The position numbers were made by a program, and so were the translations under genes. Below, in pieces: positions 13,144 through 25,206 of a stretch of DNA of 64,000 nucleotides (its first letter is position 1; each line of letters starts with the position of its first letter). Origin of the DNA: Octopus vulgaris (Eukaryota); assembly GCA_951406725.2 (NCBI GenBank), contig OX597823.1:91388001-91452000 (forward strand). The letters run 5' to 3'. The notes below the pieces were generated by a model, which saw only the letters and a program-made list of their open reading frames with translations, did not search any database and was not told the origin of the DNA.

Positions 13144-13185
13144 GCTGCATTGAAAAGGGGCAATACCCCGAAACGCGTCTATAGC
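13144..13185 (+). ncRNA. Type I hammerhead ribozyme, copy 3 (U3A8 core; GUC site, cleavage after 13179)
   Basis: Same motif as copy 2, but the stem I 3' arm is TATAGC (one mismatch). Confidence 0.78.
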
Positions 13186-13311
13186 TGCCGGTCAAGTAGT
13201 GTGGAGCGACTGACCTCCCTTGTTCGAAGGTTATATGGATACAGTTTGTGTATCAAATAGCTAACTTAAGGCGATGGCCTCATGGATAATATTTTTTCTT
13301 ATTTTTATAAG

Positions 13312-13352
<41 letters not shown>

Positions 13353-14220
13353 ATGTATGTGTGTGTATATATTTGTGTGTCTGTGTCTTTTCCCCCAACA
13401 TCATTTGACAACCGATGCTGGTGTGTTTACGTTCTCGTCACTTAGTGGTTCAGCATGAGAGACCGGTAGAATAAGTACTAAGCTTACAAGAAAGAAGTGC
13501 TGGGGTTGATTTGCTCAACTAAAGGCGGTACTCCAGCATGGCCACAGTCAAATGACTGTAACAAATAAAGGAATAAAAGAGTAAAAGAATAAAATCTCAA
13601 AAGAATAACAATAATAACAAAAACGACACACAAAATGCCAAAACTCAAAATAGGCCAAAGAAACGAAACAAAAAATCACATGACCCAATTTTTGGATTGC
13701 TGATATCATCGAAGACAGGTAAACAATTCCTTGCAGCATGAGACAGGTGCTTCCCTAAAACACATAAATACCTTTGTATCTTCATCAATCACGCATTGAA
13801 AGTATTGAATGCCGAATTCAACAACATGAGGTACATAAATACAACAATAAAAAAATATACTTGCAAACAAAGACTATAGACAAGGAACAAACGCACCAAA
13901 ACAACACAGGGGATAGGAACAATAACAAAAATGAACACAATAGGGATCACAAAAAACATGGATTGCAACCCTGACAGTTAAAATAGGATTCAAACAAAGA
14001 CTGAAAGAAGAATCGGCAAAATAAGTTTTAGCATCAAGAACACACCAGATGCTGCAAATCAACAAGAGCATCAGAAAAACAAAAAGTTACCAGAGAGAAC
14101 TACAAAAATTGTAAAAGTGCAAATAATTGCAGCTGTTGCAGGAAATCTGCATGTCGACTCTGGAATCGATGCATGCAAAACTATATCATAGACAAATGCC
14201 CAGTCACCACACCTAACACT

Positions 14221-14435
14221 TTACTACCCACAAGGGGCTAAACACAGAGAGGACAAACAAGGACAGACAAACGGATTAAGTCGATTATATCAACCCCAGT
14301 GCATAACTGGTACTTAATTTATCGATCCCGAAAGGGTTGAAAGGCAAAGTCGACCTCGGCGGAATTTGAACTCAGAATGTAGTGGCAGATGAAATACCGC
14401 TAAGCGTTTCGCCCGGCGTGCTAATATTTCTGCAC
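14221..14435 (-). mobile_element. SINE family B inserted in the PLE remnant
   Basis: Family B sequence. Confidence 0.75.
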
Positions 14436-14640
14436 AATCACCACACCGCCACATGAGTATGCAGACATAGGAGCCTCTGAAAACCAATTTAAGGTCCATT
14501 ATAGCAACCATATCTCCTTATTTTGAAAGATAAGCCAGTGACATGCAACATCACTAGTGAACTTAATATGGAAATTAAAAGAAGGAAAAATAAAATACGA
14601 AATAGAATGGTCAAAAATAAAAAAATGCACATCCACATAT

Positions 14641-15023
14641 GGAAGCACTCCGTCGGTTACGACGATGAGGGTTCCGGTTGATCCGAATCAACGGAACAGC
14701 CTGCTCATGAAATTAACGTGTAAGTGGCTGAGCACTCCACAGACACGTGTACCCTTAACGTAGTTCTCGGGGATATTCAGCGTGACACAGAGAGTGACAA
14801 GGCCGGCCCTTTGAAATACAGGTACAACAGAAACAGGAAGTAAGACTAAGAGAAAGTTGTGGTGAAAGAGTACAGCAGGGATCACCACCATCCCCTGCCG
14901 GAGCCTCGTGGAGCTTTAGGTGTTTTCGCTCAATAAACACTCACAACGTCCGGTCTGGGAATCGAAACTGCGATCCTATGACCATGAGTCCGCTGCCCTA
15001 ACCACTGGGCCATTGCGCCTCCA
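14641..15023 (-). mobile_element. tRNA-derived SINE family D
   Basis: Minus-strand head GGAGGCGCAATGGCCCAGTGGTTAGGGCAGCGGACTC...TTTCGATTCCC with A and B boxes; related copies at 26712-27035 and 29530-29836. Confidence 0.8.
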
Positions 15024-15164
15024 CTACATCTATATTATACACTATCTGGCATATGTGTCTTGTGTCTTGAGGAAGCCTTCTGCATCCTGTTAAGTAAGAA
15101 AAATTTGGAAAACAACCATTCTGAGAGGATAGTGAGATGTTGCCACCATACCAAATTCTTTTCT

Positions 15165-15342
15165 TTTATTCTTTTATTTGTTTCATTTGAAGCACCTTTA
15201 GTCGAGCAAATCGACCCCAGGACTTATTCTTTGTAAGCCTAGTACTTATTCTATCGGTCTCTCTTGCCAAACCGCTAAGTGACGGGAGCATAAACATACC
15301 AGCATTAGTTGTCAAGTGATGTTGGGGAGGGGGACAAACATA

Positions 15343-15410
<68 letters not shown>

Positions 15411-15570
15411 CAACGGGCTTCTTTCAGTTTCCGTCTACCAAATCCACTCACAAGATTTTGGTCAGCCTGAGGCTATAGTAGAAGACACTTGCCCAAGGTG
15501 CCACGCAGTGGGACTGAACCCGGAACAATATGGTTGGTAAGCAAGCTACTTACCACAAAGCCACACAGCC
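15165..15570 (-). mobile_element. SINE family A
   Basis: Family A sequence. Confidence 0.75.
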
Positions 15571-15787
15571 AATATGCATTTTCAAGATTCAGCACTGTGA
15601 ATTAATTACAATTAATAATTCAGTGAACTCTCTCTCTCTCTCCTCTTCCCCCCATCCATGTGTACTTGTGTCAGATTGTATTGCTCCCTATATGTATATA
15701 TGCCTGTCTGTGTGTTTAATATGCATGAATGTATGTACATATATTTGTATATGTGTATGAATGTGAGTGCACATACATATCCATTTA

Positions 15788-15831
<44 letters not shown>

Positions 15832-16306
15832 GATGTTTATATACATATAGTGTGTGCATGTGTGTGTATGTGTCCAAATGTTAGTAATCTTAAGGCCACT
15901 CAAAGACAATCACATGTGTAACCAATCATGGAGCCCAAATCAACAGTACAATGAAATAAAATGCTACTTTACCAGAATCACCATCCCACTACATTTACAC
16001 ATTCAAAGCAGTTTGCTAGCGGCCCTTCAGCAACAATATACCCTGATAATTTCAGTGACTACTACTATATTCAGGCCACAGCAGACTGAGAGGATGTTCT
16101 TGAAGCTGAAGATTTTGAACTTACAGACACAATATTTACATATCACCTGAGGAAACAACAAGGACTTGTAATGCAGGGAAACAGTTACATAATCAAGTAC
16201 CTGCACGTTATGAGAACTACGTTGCATAGAAACAATTGCAGAGATTAAAAAACAAATGTCCAACCATACTTCTTCTTGTTGATTCCAATTCTTTCAATTA
16301 TATATA

Positions 16307-17555
16307 CAAGGGTTGGACAAAATAATGGAAACACCTAGCATCATACCATCATAATTTTGAAATATGTATAAAATCGTCAAAAGCTTGTTTATTTTTATGT
16401 TTCTTGATTTATTATTAGCGTTGCTTAATATGATTTGCTAAAATTGATGTTTCTTTTCAAATATCATCAAAAAAAGGTAATTGAAATTCATTAAAATGAC
16501 AGATCTATCAGACTTTCAAAGAGGTCAAATTGTTGGTGCTTGTATGGCAGGTGCTAGCATAATGAAAACAGCTGAAATGTTTGTTGTATCAACAAGTATT
16601 GTCTCAAAAGTAATGACTGTCTTTGAGAAAAAGGGAAAAACCTCCTTGTCAAAACAAAACTCCGGAAGAAAACCAAACCTTTCAGAGAGGGACTGTCAGA
16701 CTCTTACGCGAATTGTTAGAAAGGATCACAAAAGTACAGCTCCCAAAATTACTATAGAGCTTAATGTTCACCTCAAGAACCCAGTTTCCTCAAAAAGTGT
16801 TTGTCGGGAGCTGCACAAAGCTGGATTTCACAGGAGGGCTGCAATCAGAAAAGCACAACCTTCAAAAACAAACGTTGCAAAGCGTTTAAAGTGGAGTAAA
16901 AATCTACAGAATTGGTCCCTAGATCAGTGGGAAAATGTTATTTTCTTGGAAGAGTCATCCTTTACCTTATTTCTGACCACTGACCAAATATAAGTGTGGA
17001 GACAGCCAAAAAAAGCGTTTGACCCAGACTGCCTTCTTTCAACAGTTAAACATGGATGATCTGAAGGGCTACATCTTGGAAATTCACCAGTCGAATGGTT
17101 TCCTATCATGGCAGAATTAATAGTCAAGACTAAGCATTTTATCTGATCAAATTTTATCTGATCTATAGTTGTGGAACTGTTTCCAGAGGGAAACACAATC
17201 TTTCAGGATGATAATGCCAAACTAAATTTGTTACTGAATAGCACAAGGAACATTCTAGTGAATTTGAACATCTTATCTGGCTACCACAGTCACCAGACAG
17301 TTCAATATTATCGAACATCTATGGTACATTTTAGAAAAACAAGTAAGGAGTCGATATCCTCCACCATCATCACTACAAGAACTGGAGACTGTTTTAGCTG
17401 AAGAATGGACAAAAGTTCCTTTGGAAACAATTCCAACTTTGTACGAGTCCATCATAGAATTCATGCTGTAATTACTTCCAAAGGTGGTCCTAACCCATAT
17501 TATAATAAATTTGTTTGAAAATTTAAGGTGTTTCTATTATTTTGCCCAACTCCTG
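16307..17555 (+). mobile_element. Full-length Tc1-family DNA transposon (~1.25 kb), inactive
   Basis: 30-bp TIRs CAAGGGTTGGACAAAATAATGGAAACACCT / AGGTGTTTCTATTATTTTGCCCAACTCCTG; TA on the left, (TA)n context on the right. Confidence 0.92.
16496..17503 (+). pseudogene. Tc1-like transposase pseudogene
   Basis: MTDLSDFQRGQIVG..SGRKP..W..VIF (HTH and start of catalytic domain), IFQDDNA, LSGYHSHQ region, KGGP near the end; in-frame stops and frameshifts. Confidence 0.9.
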
Positions 17556-17787
17556 CATATATATATATATATATATATATATGACGAGCTTCTTTCAGTT
17601 TTTGTATACTAAGATTGTATGATTGTCGTCATTTCTTTCTCTCTTGCCTGCGTCTGCCTTCTAAGTGCTGTGGTTTTACTGGGATCTCCCTTTTAGTAGA
17701 AAGAATAGCTATAACTCTTCAACTGCTATTTCTAAACTCGGTGTGTGGTGAGGCAAATCGATGCTAAACCCTTAGTATTACTATATA

Positions 17788-18293
17788 TCTATATATATAA
17801 AACTGTAGTTGTGTGAGTGTCTGTCCCCTTCGATTTAGATTCCTAACTACTCCCACATTTTGCGGTGCAGTTTAACCAAATTCGGGTATCTTATAGTCGT
17901 GATTCATATCGAGCCCGTCTGAGTATTAGCGCGCATCTACGATGAGTCTACGATTTTTAAAATAATTTAACATCATTTTTTATTCCATTTTAATGCATAA
18001 TTTTTCGTGTGTCGATGGCGGCAGAGTTGGCATCCATGGTTACACCTGCACCTGTTTGCTTCTCCCCCTTCTTCCCTCCCTCGTGAAGCTGTGGTGAAGG
18101 GAGTGTAAGGAAATCAACGTCGTAAAGCGTTGTCAAGGAGACCAGCGTTCTTTTAGAACAACGACTTCATGGCTTGAAGACACCAAAACAGAAATGGCTA
18201 AGAAAGCCCGAATTGGCATCTATAAAGGAAGCTAAATATGTTTATATAGTTATTTCCCTTACAAACCCGAGCAACGCTGGGCGATATTGCTAG
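17788..18293 (+). mobile_element. Non-autonomous Helitron
   Basis: 5' A|TC TATATATATAAAAC; subterminal hairpin CCCGAGCAACGCTGGG (18266-18281); 3' CTAG|T. Confidence 0.75.
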
Positions 18294-18316
18294 TATATAT
18301 ATATATATATATATAT

Positions 18317-19979
18317 GGTGTGCATGGAAGTTTTGGCTTAGGCACTAGAAGTGAGGAGGGAACAAGGTTCTTGGAGTTCTGTGATGCAAATGATTTGCAG
18401 TTCTGCAACACTAACTTCAGGAAACCAGTCAGGCCTGTCATCTAATCACTTATCAGTCTGGTAGGCACTCAAACCAGATTAACTACTCCCTCGTCAGAAA
18501 CAGGGATAGACAGATGTTTATAAATACAAAGTCTTTTCCCAGAGAAGAATGTACAATTCAACATAAGGGGTCAGCAAATATAGACTTAAGGCTTGATGGA
18601 TACTGAGATGCAAACCTGTTTGAAAAATGAAGTTACGGAAGCTGAGAGATCGATCAAACAGTCAGAGGTTTAGAGACATCATCATCATCATCATTGTTTA
18701 ACGTCTGCTTTCCATGCTAGCATGGGTTGGACGGTTTGACTGAGGGCTGGCGAACCAGATGGCTGCACCAGGTTTCAATCTTGATTTGGCAGAGTTTCTA
18801 CAGCTGGATGCCCTTCCTAACGCCAACCACTCTGAGAGTGTAGTGGGTGCTTTTACATGCCACCGGCACGGGGCTAGTCAGGCAGCACTGGCAACAACCT
18901 CACTCGAATCTTTTACTCATGTCACAGGCACAGGTGCCAGTAAGGCGATGCTGGTAACGATCACGTTCGAATGGTGTCTTTTACATGCCACCAGCATGGA
19001 GGCCAGATAGCTGCTCTGGCAACGATCAATCTCGGATAGTGCTCTTAATACCCTACTAGCACAGGTGCCAGTAATGTAACGCTGGTAATGATCACGTTCG
19101 AATGGTGCCCTTTAAGTGCCACTGGCACAGAGCCAGTTAGCCGCTCTGTCAAAGCATTTGGTGAGAACGAGAAGAAGGTTGTGATATATAACAAAGAGGA
19201 CAACTGGAAGTTCCCATAAGACAACCTTCTGAAAGCTGCAGACCAAATCTGTAACTGGGGCAAAGTCTCAGCCAGACTGAGGGTGACCTGGTGGTAGAGC
19301 TATGAGGTAGATAGAGCCATGAAGGTGAAGAGACAGGCTTTGAAAGATTGGAGACTGGAGTCAGCAAAGAACTAGATCAGGTTGTCAAGAGGGAAGCTAG
19401 GTGATAGGTTAACCTAGCAAGGGCAGAAACAGAACAGAAGAGGTTTGCCAACATCTTACAAAGTGAAGATCAAAGACTTGAGATGTTTAGGATTGTTAAA
19501 CAGTGTGTTGGAGAATCGAGATGTGGGGGAGAAGTGTGTACATATAAATAATGGTATGCTTGCACTCAGTGACTCTGAAACAAAAGAGGTGTGGAAATGC
19601 TACTATGAAAAGCTGTTAAATGTGGAGAGTGAGTGGGAGAAGGGGTGTTTCCCATTTGGGAACCCAACAGAGGGTCAGGCTATTAGTGTTGACAGCACTT
19701 TGACAGATGAAGCAATTAAGGATATGAAGACAGGGAAAGCCTCTGGTCCCTTGGGAGTCACTGCTGAAGTGCTTAAAATATCTGATAAAGTAGGATACAG
19801 TCTAGTCACCTGTATAATCAATCAAATTATTCGGGTGGGGGGGGGGAAGGGGCCATCGCCAAAGACTGGTGTAGCAGCATTATAGTCAGCTGCTACAAGG
19901 GTACAGGAGATGCTTTAGAAGTAATTACAGAGGCATCAGGTTGCTACACCAAGTCATGAAAGTTACAGAAAGAGTAATA
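18317..19979 (+). pseudogene. RTE-clade LINE internal fragment (APE endonuclease to start of RT), interrupted by a family C repeat at 18677-19150
   Basis: GVHGSFGLGTRSEEGTRFLEFCDANDLQFCNTNFRKP; WKCYYEKLLN..AIKDMKTGKASGP..TAEVLK; NYRGIRLLHQVMKVTERVI. Confidence 0.85.
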
Positions 19980-20330
19980 AAAAAATGGTCCTTCCTGAGT
20001 CCTGCCGATTCTTAAAGGCTGGTTTCTTGGTTTCCATGGCATCTAATTCTTCTACAGGATGGGACACTGGCCCATCACTCATTCTTACCAGCTGAGTGGA
20101 CTGGAGTGTGAAATAAAGTGTTTTGCTCAAGAACACAACACGTCACCTGGTCCAGGAATTGAAACCACAATCTTGCGATCATGAGTCCAACACCCTAAAC
20201 TCTAAGCCATGTGCTTCCACACAACCAAGCATAGGAAAAAAAAACACAAACATCGCCGCCACCACAATACTAAGATCTTCTACCTCTACTGCCACCGACA
20301 CTGCTAATCCACAAGAACATCCCCCAACAT

Positions 20331-20540
20331 TTATTTCTTTATTGCCCACAAGGGGCTATACATAGAGGGGACAAACAAGGACAGACAAACGGATTAAGTC
20401 GATTACATCAACCCCAGTGCATAACTGGTACTTATTTAATCGACCCCGAAAGGATGAAAGGCAAAGTCGATCTCGGCGAAATTTGAACTCAGAATGTAGC
20501 GGCAGATGAAATACTACTAAGCATTTCGCCCAGCACCAAA
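20331..20540 (-). mobile_element. SINE family B
   Basis: Family B sequence. Confidence 0.75.
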
Positions 20541-20729
20541 TGATACCAACTACCACCATCAGCAACTACCAATGCCATCAGAAACTACACTACTTCCATC
20601 ACCATCATCAAAAGTACCTTTAGTAGTTGTACAATGGGTAACCTTTGACCCTGGCAATAAAGGAAGCCATAATACAAACAACAACAATAAAATTACTAAA
20701 GACTAACAACAAGAAAAGCTGCATCCCCC

Positions 20730-21420
20730 ACCACCACTGACACCATCGCTACCATTGCCCTCTTTATCCCCACCACCACCACCATCACTACCACCACCAC
20801 CACTACCACGGACGCCAATGCTACCATTGCCCTCTTTACCACCACCACCATCATCACCACCATCACCACCAATGACGCCATCACTACCGTTGCCATTTTT
20901 ATCACCACCACTGCCACCACCATCATCACCACCACCACCACCACAACCACCACCACCGACGCCATCGCTACCATTGCCATTTTTATCACCACCACCACCA
21001 CCACCACCACGGACGCCATCGCTACCATTGCCCTCTTTACCACCACCACTGACACCACCACCACCACCACCACCACAACCACCACCACTGACGCCATCAC
21101 TACCATTGCCATTTTTATCACCACCACTGCCACCACCATCATCACCACTACCACCGCCACAACTACCACAACCATCACCACTGACGCCACCGCTACCATT
21201 GCCCTCTTCACCACCTCCACTGACGCCATTGTTAACATTGCCATTTTTATCACCACCACTGCCACCACCGCCGCCACGTTACTTCCAACACCGACCACCC
21301 CCACTGAAACTACTAAACCTCTATCAGTGACATTTACTAGCAATCACAAAAGGAACAGCAACCATAACACAAACAACCACCACCACCATCCATACCACCA
21401 CCACCACCACTGCCCATACC
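20730..21420. repeat. CCA-derived minisatellite (GACGCCATCGCTACCATTGCC..TTTATCACCACC units)
   Basis: About 8 higher-order units separated by variable (CCA)n. Confidence 0.85.
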
Positions 21421-21484
21421 ACAAATAAAAACACAAACACAAACACACACACAAATATCCACATGAACAACCATCAGTGACGAT

Positions 21485-22020
21485 GTGTGTGTGTGTACAT
21501 GTGTATGTGTGTGAGTGTGTGTGTTTGTGACTCTATCAGTGTGTGTATGTGTGTGTGTGTGAGTGTGTATTTGTGTGTGCCTGCATGTATATGTGTGTGT
21601 GTTTGTGCCTATGTGTATGAGTGTATGTATATGAGTATATTTACTGGTGTGTGTGTGTATTTGTGAGTATGCATGCGTATTTTATCGTGTGTGTGTATAT
21701 TTGTATGTGTGTGTATTTGTATGTGTGTGTATTTGTATGTGTGTATTTGTATGTGTGTGTATTTGTATGTGTGTGTAGGTGCGTATATGTATGTGTGTTT
21801 GCGTGTTTTAATATTTGTTTGTGTGTGAGGTGAGTATTTGTGTGTGTATGTGTATTTGTATGTGTGTGTGTGTAAGTGTGTATTTGTGTGTGTAAGTGTG
21901 TATTTGTGTGTGTAAGTGTTTGTGTGTGTGTGGGGGTGTATTTGTGTGTGTGTGTGTGTGTGTGTGTAGGTGTGTATTACGTGTGTGTATTTGTGTGTGA
22001 AGGGGGTGTATTTGTGTGTG
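21485..22020. repeat. (TG)n-rich microsatellite
   Basis: Direct sequence. Confidence 0.9.
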
Positions 22021-22610
22021 TAATATATTTAGTAAAATAAAATTCTTCGAGACGCCATCGTCCGATTTCCTGCAATTAACGGTTCCTTTTTCTTCAATGT
22101 CTAAACCACTTCAGTGTAAAATTTCAAAAGACTTCTGATTTCTTTCAGAGTAAAAGCTTGTTTTTGTGATGTATTTAAGAATCTTCAGCAGGATTCATTC
22201 AACCGTTTTCTGAGTGGTTTCACACACACACACACACACACACACGCATACACACACGCACACACACACAGAAAGCTCAAGTAAATTTTTACTAAGCAAT
22301 ATATAAAACACCATTATTATTATTATCACCATCATCATCATCATCATTATTGTATGTTTTCATATGATTATTATTATCATTATTACTATTATTATTGTTG
22401 TTGTTATTGTTGTTGTGGTGGTGGTTTTTCCTTTTTAATTCATTCTTTTATTTGTGATATTTTTCTGCTGGGTAGATAGAAAATGTGAAGTTGTGATGTT
22501 CATGGGATGCTCTTCCCAATAATCCGCAACAGAATTATTACCTACATCACAAGTATATATTTTATATTTGTATATGTATGAATGCATGCATATATGTGTG
22601 TGTATGTATG

Positions 22611-22652
<42 letters not shown>

Positions 22653-22818
22653 TATATGCACACACACATAAATATATACACATAAATATATATACATATA
22701 TATATATATATATACATATATATAGAATGGCCATTCTATCGCCCCACCACCGTACAGGTCTCTACGAGAGATTTAGAAATTCAATATTTCTTATATACAT
22801 ATATATATATATACATAA

Positions 22819-22913
<95 letters not shown>

Positions 22914-22921
22914 AATATATA

Positions 22922-23330
22922 GGCGTAGGAGTGGCTGTGTGGTAAGTAGCTTACTAACCAACCACATGGTTCCGGGTTCAGTCCCACTGCGTGGCATCTT
23001 GGGCAAGTGTCTTCTGCTATAGCCACGGGCCGACCAATGCCTTGTGAGTGGATTTGGTAGACGGAAACTGAAAGAAGCCTGTCGTATATATGTATATATA
23101 TATATGTGTGTGTTTGTGTGTCTGTGTTTGTCCCCCTAGCATCGCTTGACAACCGATGCTGGTGTGTTTACGTCCCCGTCACTTAGCGGTTCGGCAAAAA
23201 AGAAACCGATAGAATAAGTACTGGGCTTACAAAGAATAAGTCCCGGGGTTGAGTTGCTCGATTAAAGGCGATGCTCCAGCATGGCCGCAGTCAAATGACT
23301 GAAACAAGTAAAAGAGAAAGAGAAAGAGAA
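22922..23330 (+). mobile_element. SINE family A, full length
   Basis: tRNA-like head through to the (AAAAGAG)n tail. Confidence 0.85.
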
Positions 23331-23384
23331 TATATATATATACACACATAAATATATATACATATACATATATGTGTATGTATC

Positions 23385-24039
23385 ATCATCATCATCGTTT
23401 AACGTCCGTTCTCCATGCTAGCATGGGTTGGACGGTTTGACCGGGGTTCTGGGAAGCCAGAAGGCTGCACCAGGCTCCAGTCTAATCTGGCAATGTTTCT
23501 ACAGCTGGATGCCCTTCCTAACGCCAACCACTCCGTGAGTGTAGTGGGTGCTTTTTACGTGCCACCTGCACAGGTGCCAGGCAGGGCTGGCAACGGCCAC
23601 GGTCAGATTGGTGTATTTTATGTGCCACCGGTACGGAAGCCAGTCGAGGCGGTGCTGGCATTGGCCACGAGTCGGATAGTGCATTTTACGTACCACCAGA
23701 CCAGGGATCCTGGCTGGTTCAATTCGATTTCGATTTCGCTTGCCCCAACATGTCTTCACAAGCAAAGGGGGTTGGCATGGGTGCCTGTCGTACGGTCGCA
23801 TTGGAGTATTTAACGTGCCACGGCCACGAATCGGATAGTGCTTTTTACGTACCACCAGACCAGGGATCCTGGCTGGTTCAATTCGATTTCGATTTCGCTT
23901 GCCCCAACATGTCTTCACAAGCAAAGGGGGTTGGCATGGGTGCCTGTCGTACGGTCGCATTGGAGTATTTTACGTGCCACGGCCACGAGTCGGATAGTGC
24001 TTTTTACGTACCACCAGGCCAGGGATCCTGGCTGGTTCA

Positions 24040-24040
<1 letters not shown>
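23385..24040 (-). mobile_element. Family C RTE-tail repeat with a 159-bp tandem duplication
   Basis: CGGATAGTGC recurs at 23673, 23832 and 23991. Confidence 0.8.
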
Positions 24041-24081
<41 letters not shown>

Positions 24082-24306
24082 TCTCTTACTTCTTTCAGTC
24101 ATTTGACTTGCAGCCATGCTGGAGCACTGCCTTTAGTTGAACAAATCGACCCCAGGACTTATTCTTTGTAAGCCTAGTACTCATTCTATTGGTCACTTTG
24201 GCCAAGCTGCTAAGTTACAGGGACGTAAGCACACCAACATCGGTTGTCAAGCGATGGTGGGGGGGGACAAAAACAGACACAAATAACAAACACACACATA
24301 CATATA

Positions 24307-24351
<45 letters not shown>

Positions 24352-24641
24352 CATCTCAATGCGTTATCCACAATTCTAAAAGGGATTTGAAGCTCATAGA
24401 ATATGACTGTGTTATTTATTTTAGATTCAAGAACAATGTCTTCTGCGCTATAAGCATCTTATGATTGAAAACCAGTCCAGCTGATGTCTCTGTCAGCTGC
24501 TTTTGAGCAAGTTATGTCTTTGAAGCTTTCAATAGATTTCATTTTCCTCAATGAATTGCTTAAAATATTTCACAAAAATTACTCTCAACGTAACTGTGAA
24601 ATAGCCATTGAAACACATATGTATACAAATATGTGTGTGTT

Positions 24642-24688
<47 letters not shown>

Positions 24689-24870
24689 ACTGAAAAGGCA
24701 CAATAAACATTTTTTTTCACAGTTTGAATTGTAGTGAAAAATATAAAAAAGATACAAAATGCATGGAAATTTTATTTTAGATAAAAAATATAAATATATC
24801 TTTATGAAATAAAACATTTACATTGTTGACTGATGTTGCTTGTGTTAATCATCACTAACAAGTTAGTGAT

Positions 24871-25073
24871 ACATTATTTACATTTAATGGATATTTGTCC
24901 TCATCTTGTTTGTTGTTAACACAACGTTTTGGCTGATATGTCCTCCAGCCTTCATCAGGTGTCCTGGGTTCTCATTCCAAGACACCTGATGAAGGCTGGA
25001 GGGTATATCAGCTGAAACATTGTGTTAACAACAAACAAGATGAGGACAAATATCTGTCAAATGTAAATAATGT
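24871..25073. repeat. Inverted repeat of a PLE-like end, with a hammerhead motif in each arm
   Basis: Arms 24871-24963 and 24981-25073; GACAC-CTGATGA-AGGCTG..CAGCY-RAAA-CRTT-GTGTT on both strands. Confidence 0.75.
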
Positions 25074-25156
25074 AAATAATGCAAATAACGTACATAGTAC
25101 CTCATCTCTTAAATATAGAACTGGAAAGCTGTTTTTGTATTTCAATCATCTCCAGA

Positions 25157-25206
<50 letters not shown>

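Larger units (their letters stand above)
12374..13311 (+). mobile_element. Candidate non-LTR retrozyme: ~2.6 tandem copies of a 362-bp non-coding unit, one hammerhead ribozyme per unit
   Basis: Near-identical units; the hammerhead starts at 12420, 12782 and 13144 (period 362). No ORF in the track. Abuts a truncated SINE at 12373 and ends in TTTTTTCTTATTTTTATAAG followed by (TA)n. Confidence 0.85.
13600..15160 (+). pseudogene. Degenerate Penelope-like element (linker + GIY-YIG endonuclease), interrupted by two SINEs
   Basis: Pieces translate as GKQFLAA*DRCFPKTHKYLCIF, DIGASENQFKVHYSNH, HATSLVNLIWKLKEGKIKYEIEWS and CVLCLEEAFCILLSKKNLENNHSE..RCCHHTKF, collinear with the PLE C-terminus and with the ORF at 49517-50257. 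Confidence 0.7.

Noticed and set aside
12374-13311. CRISPR array or rDNA/5S interpretation of the tandem repeat
   Set aside because: Whole units are identical with no unique spacers, and there is no rRNA similarity that I recognise.
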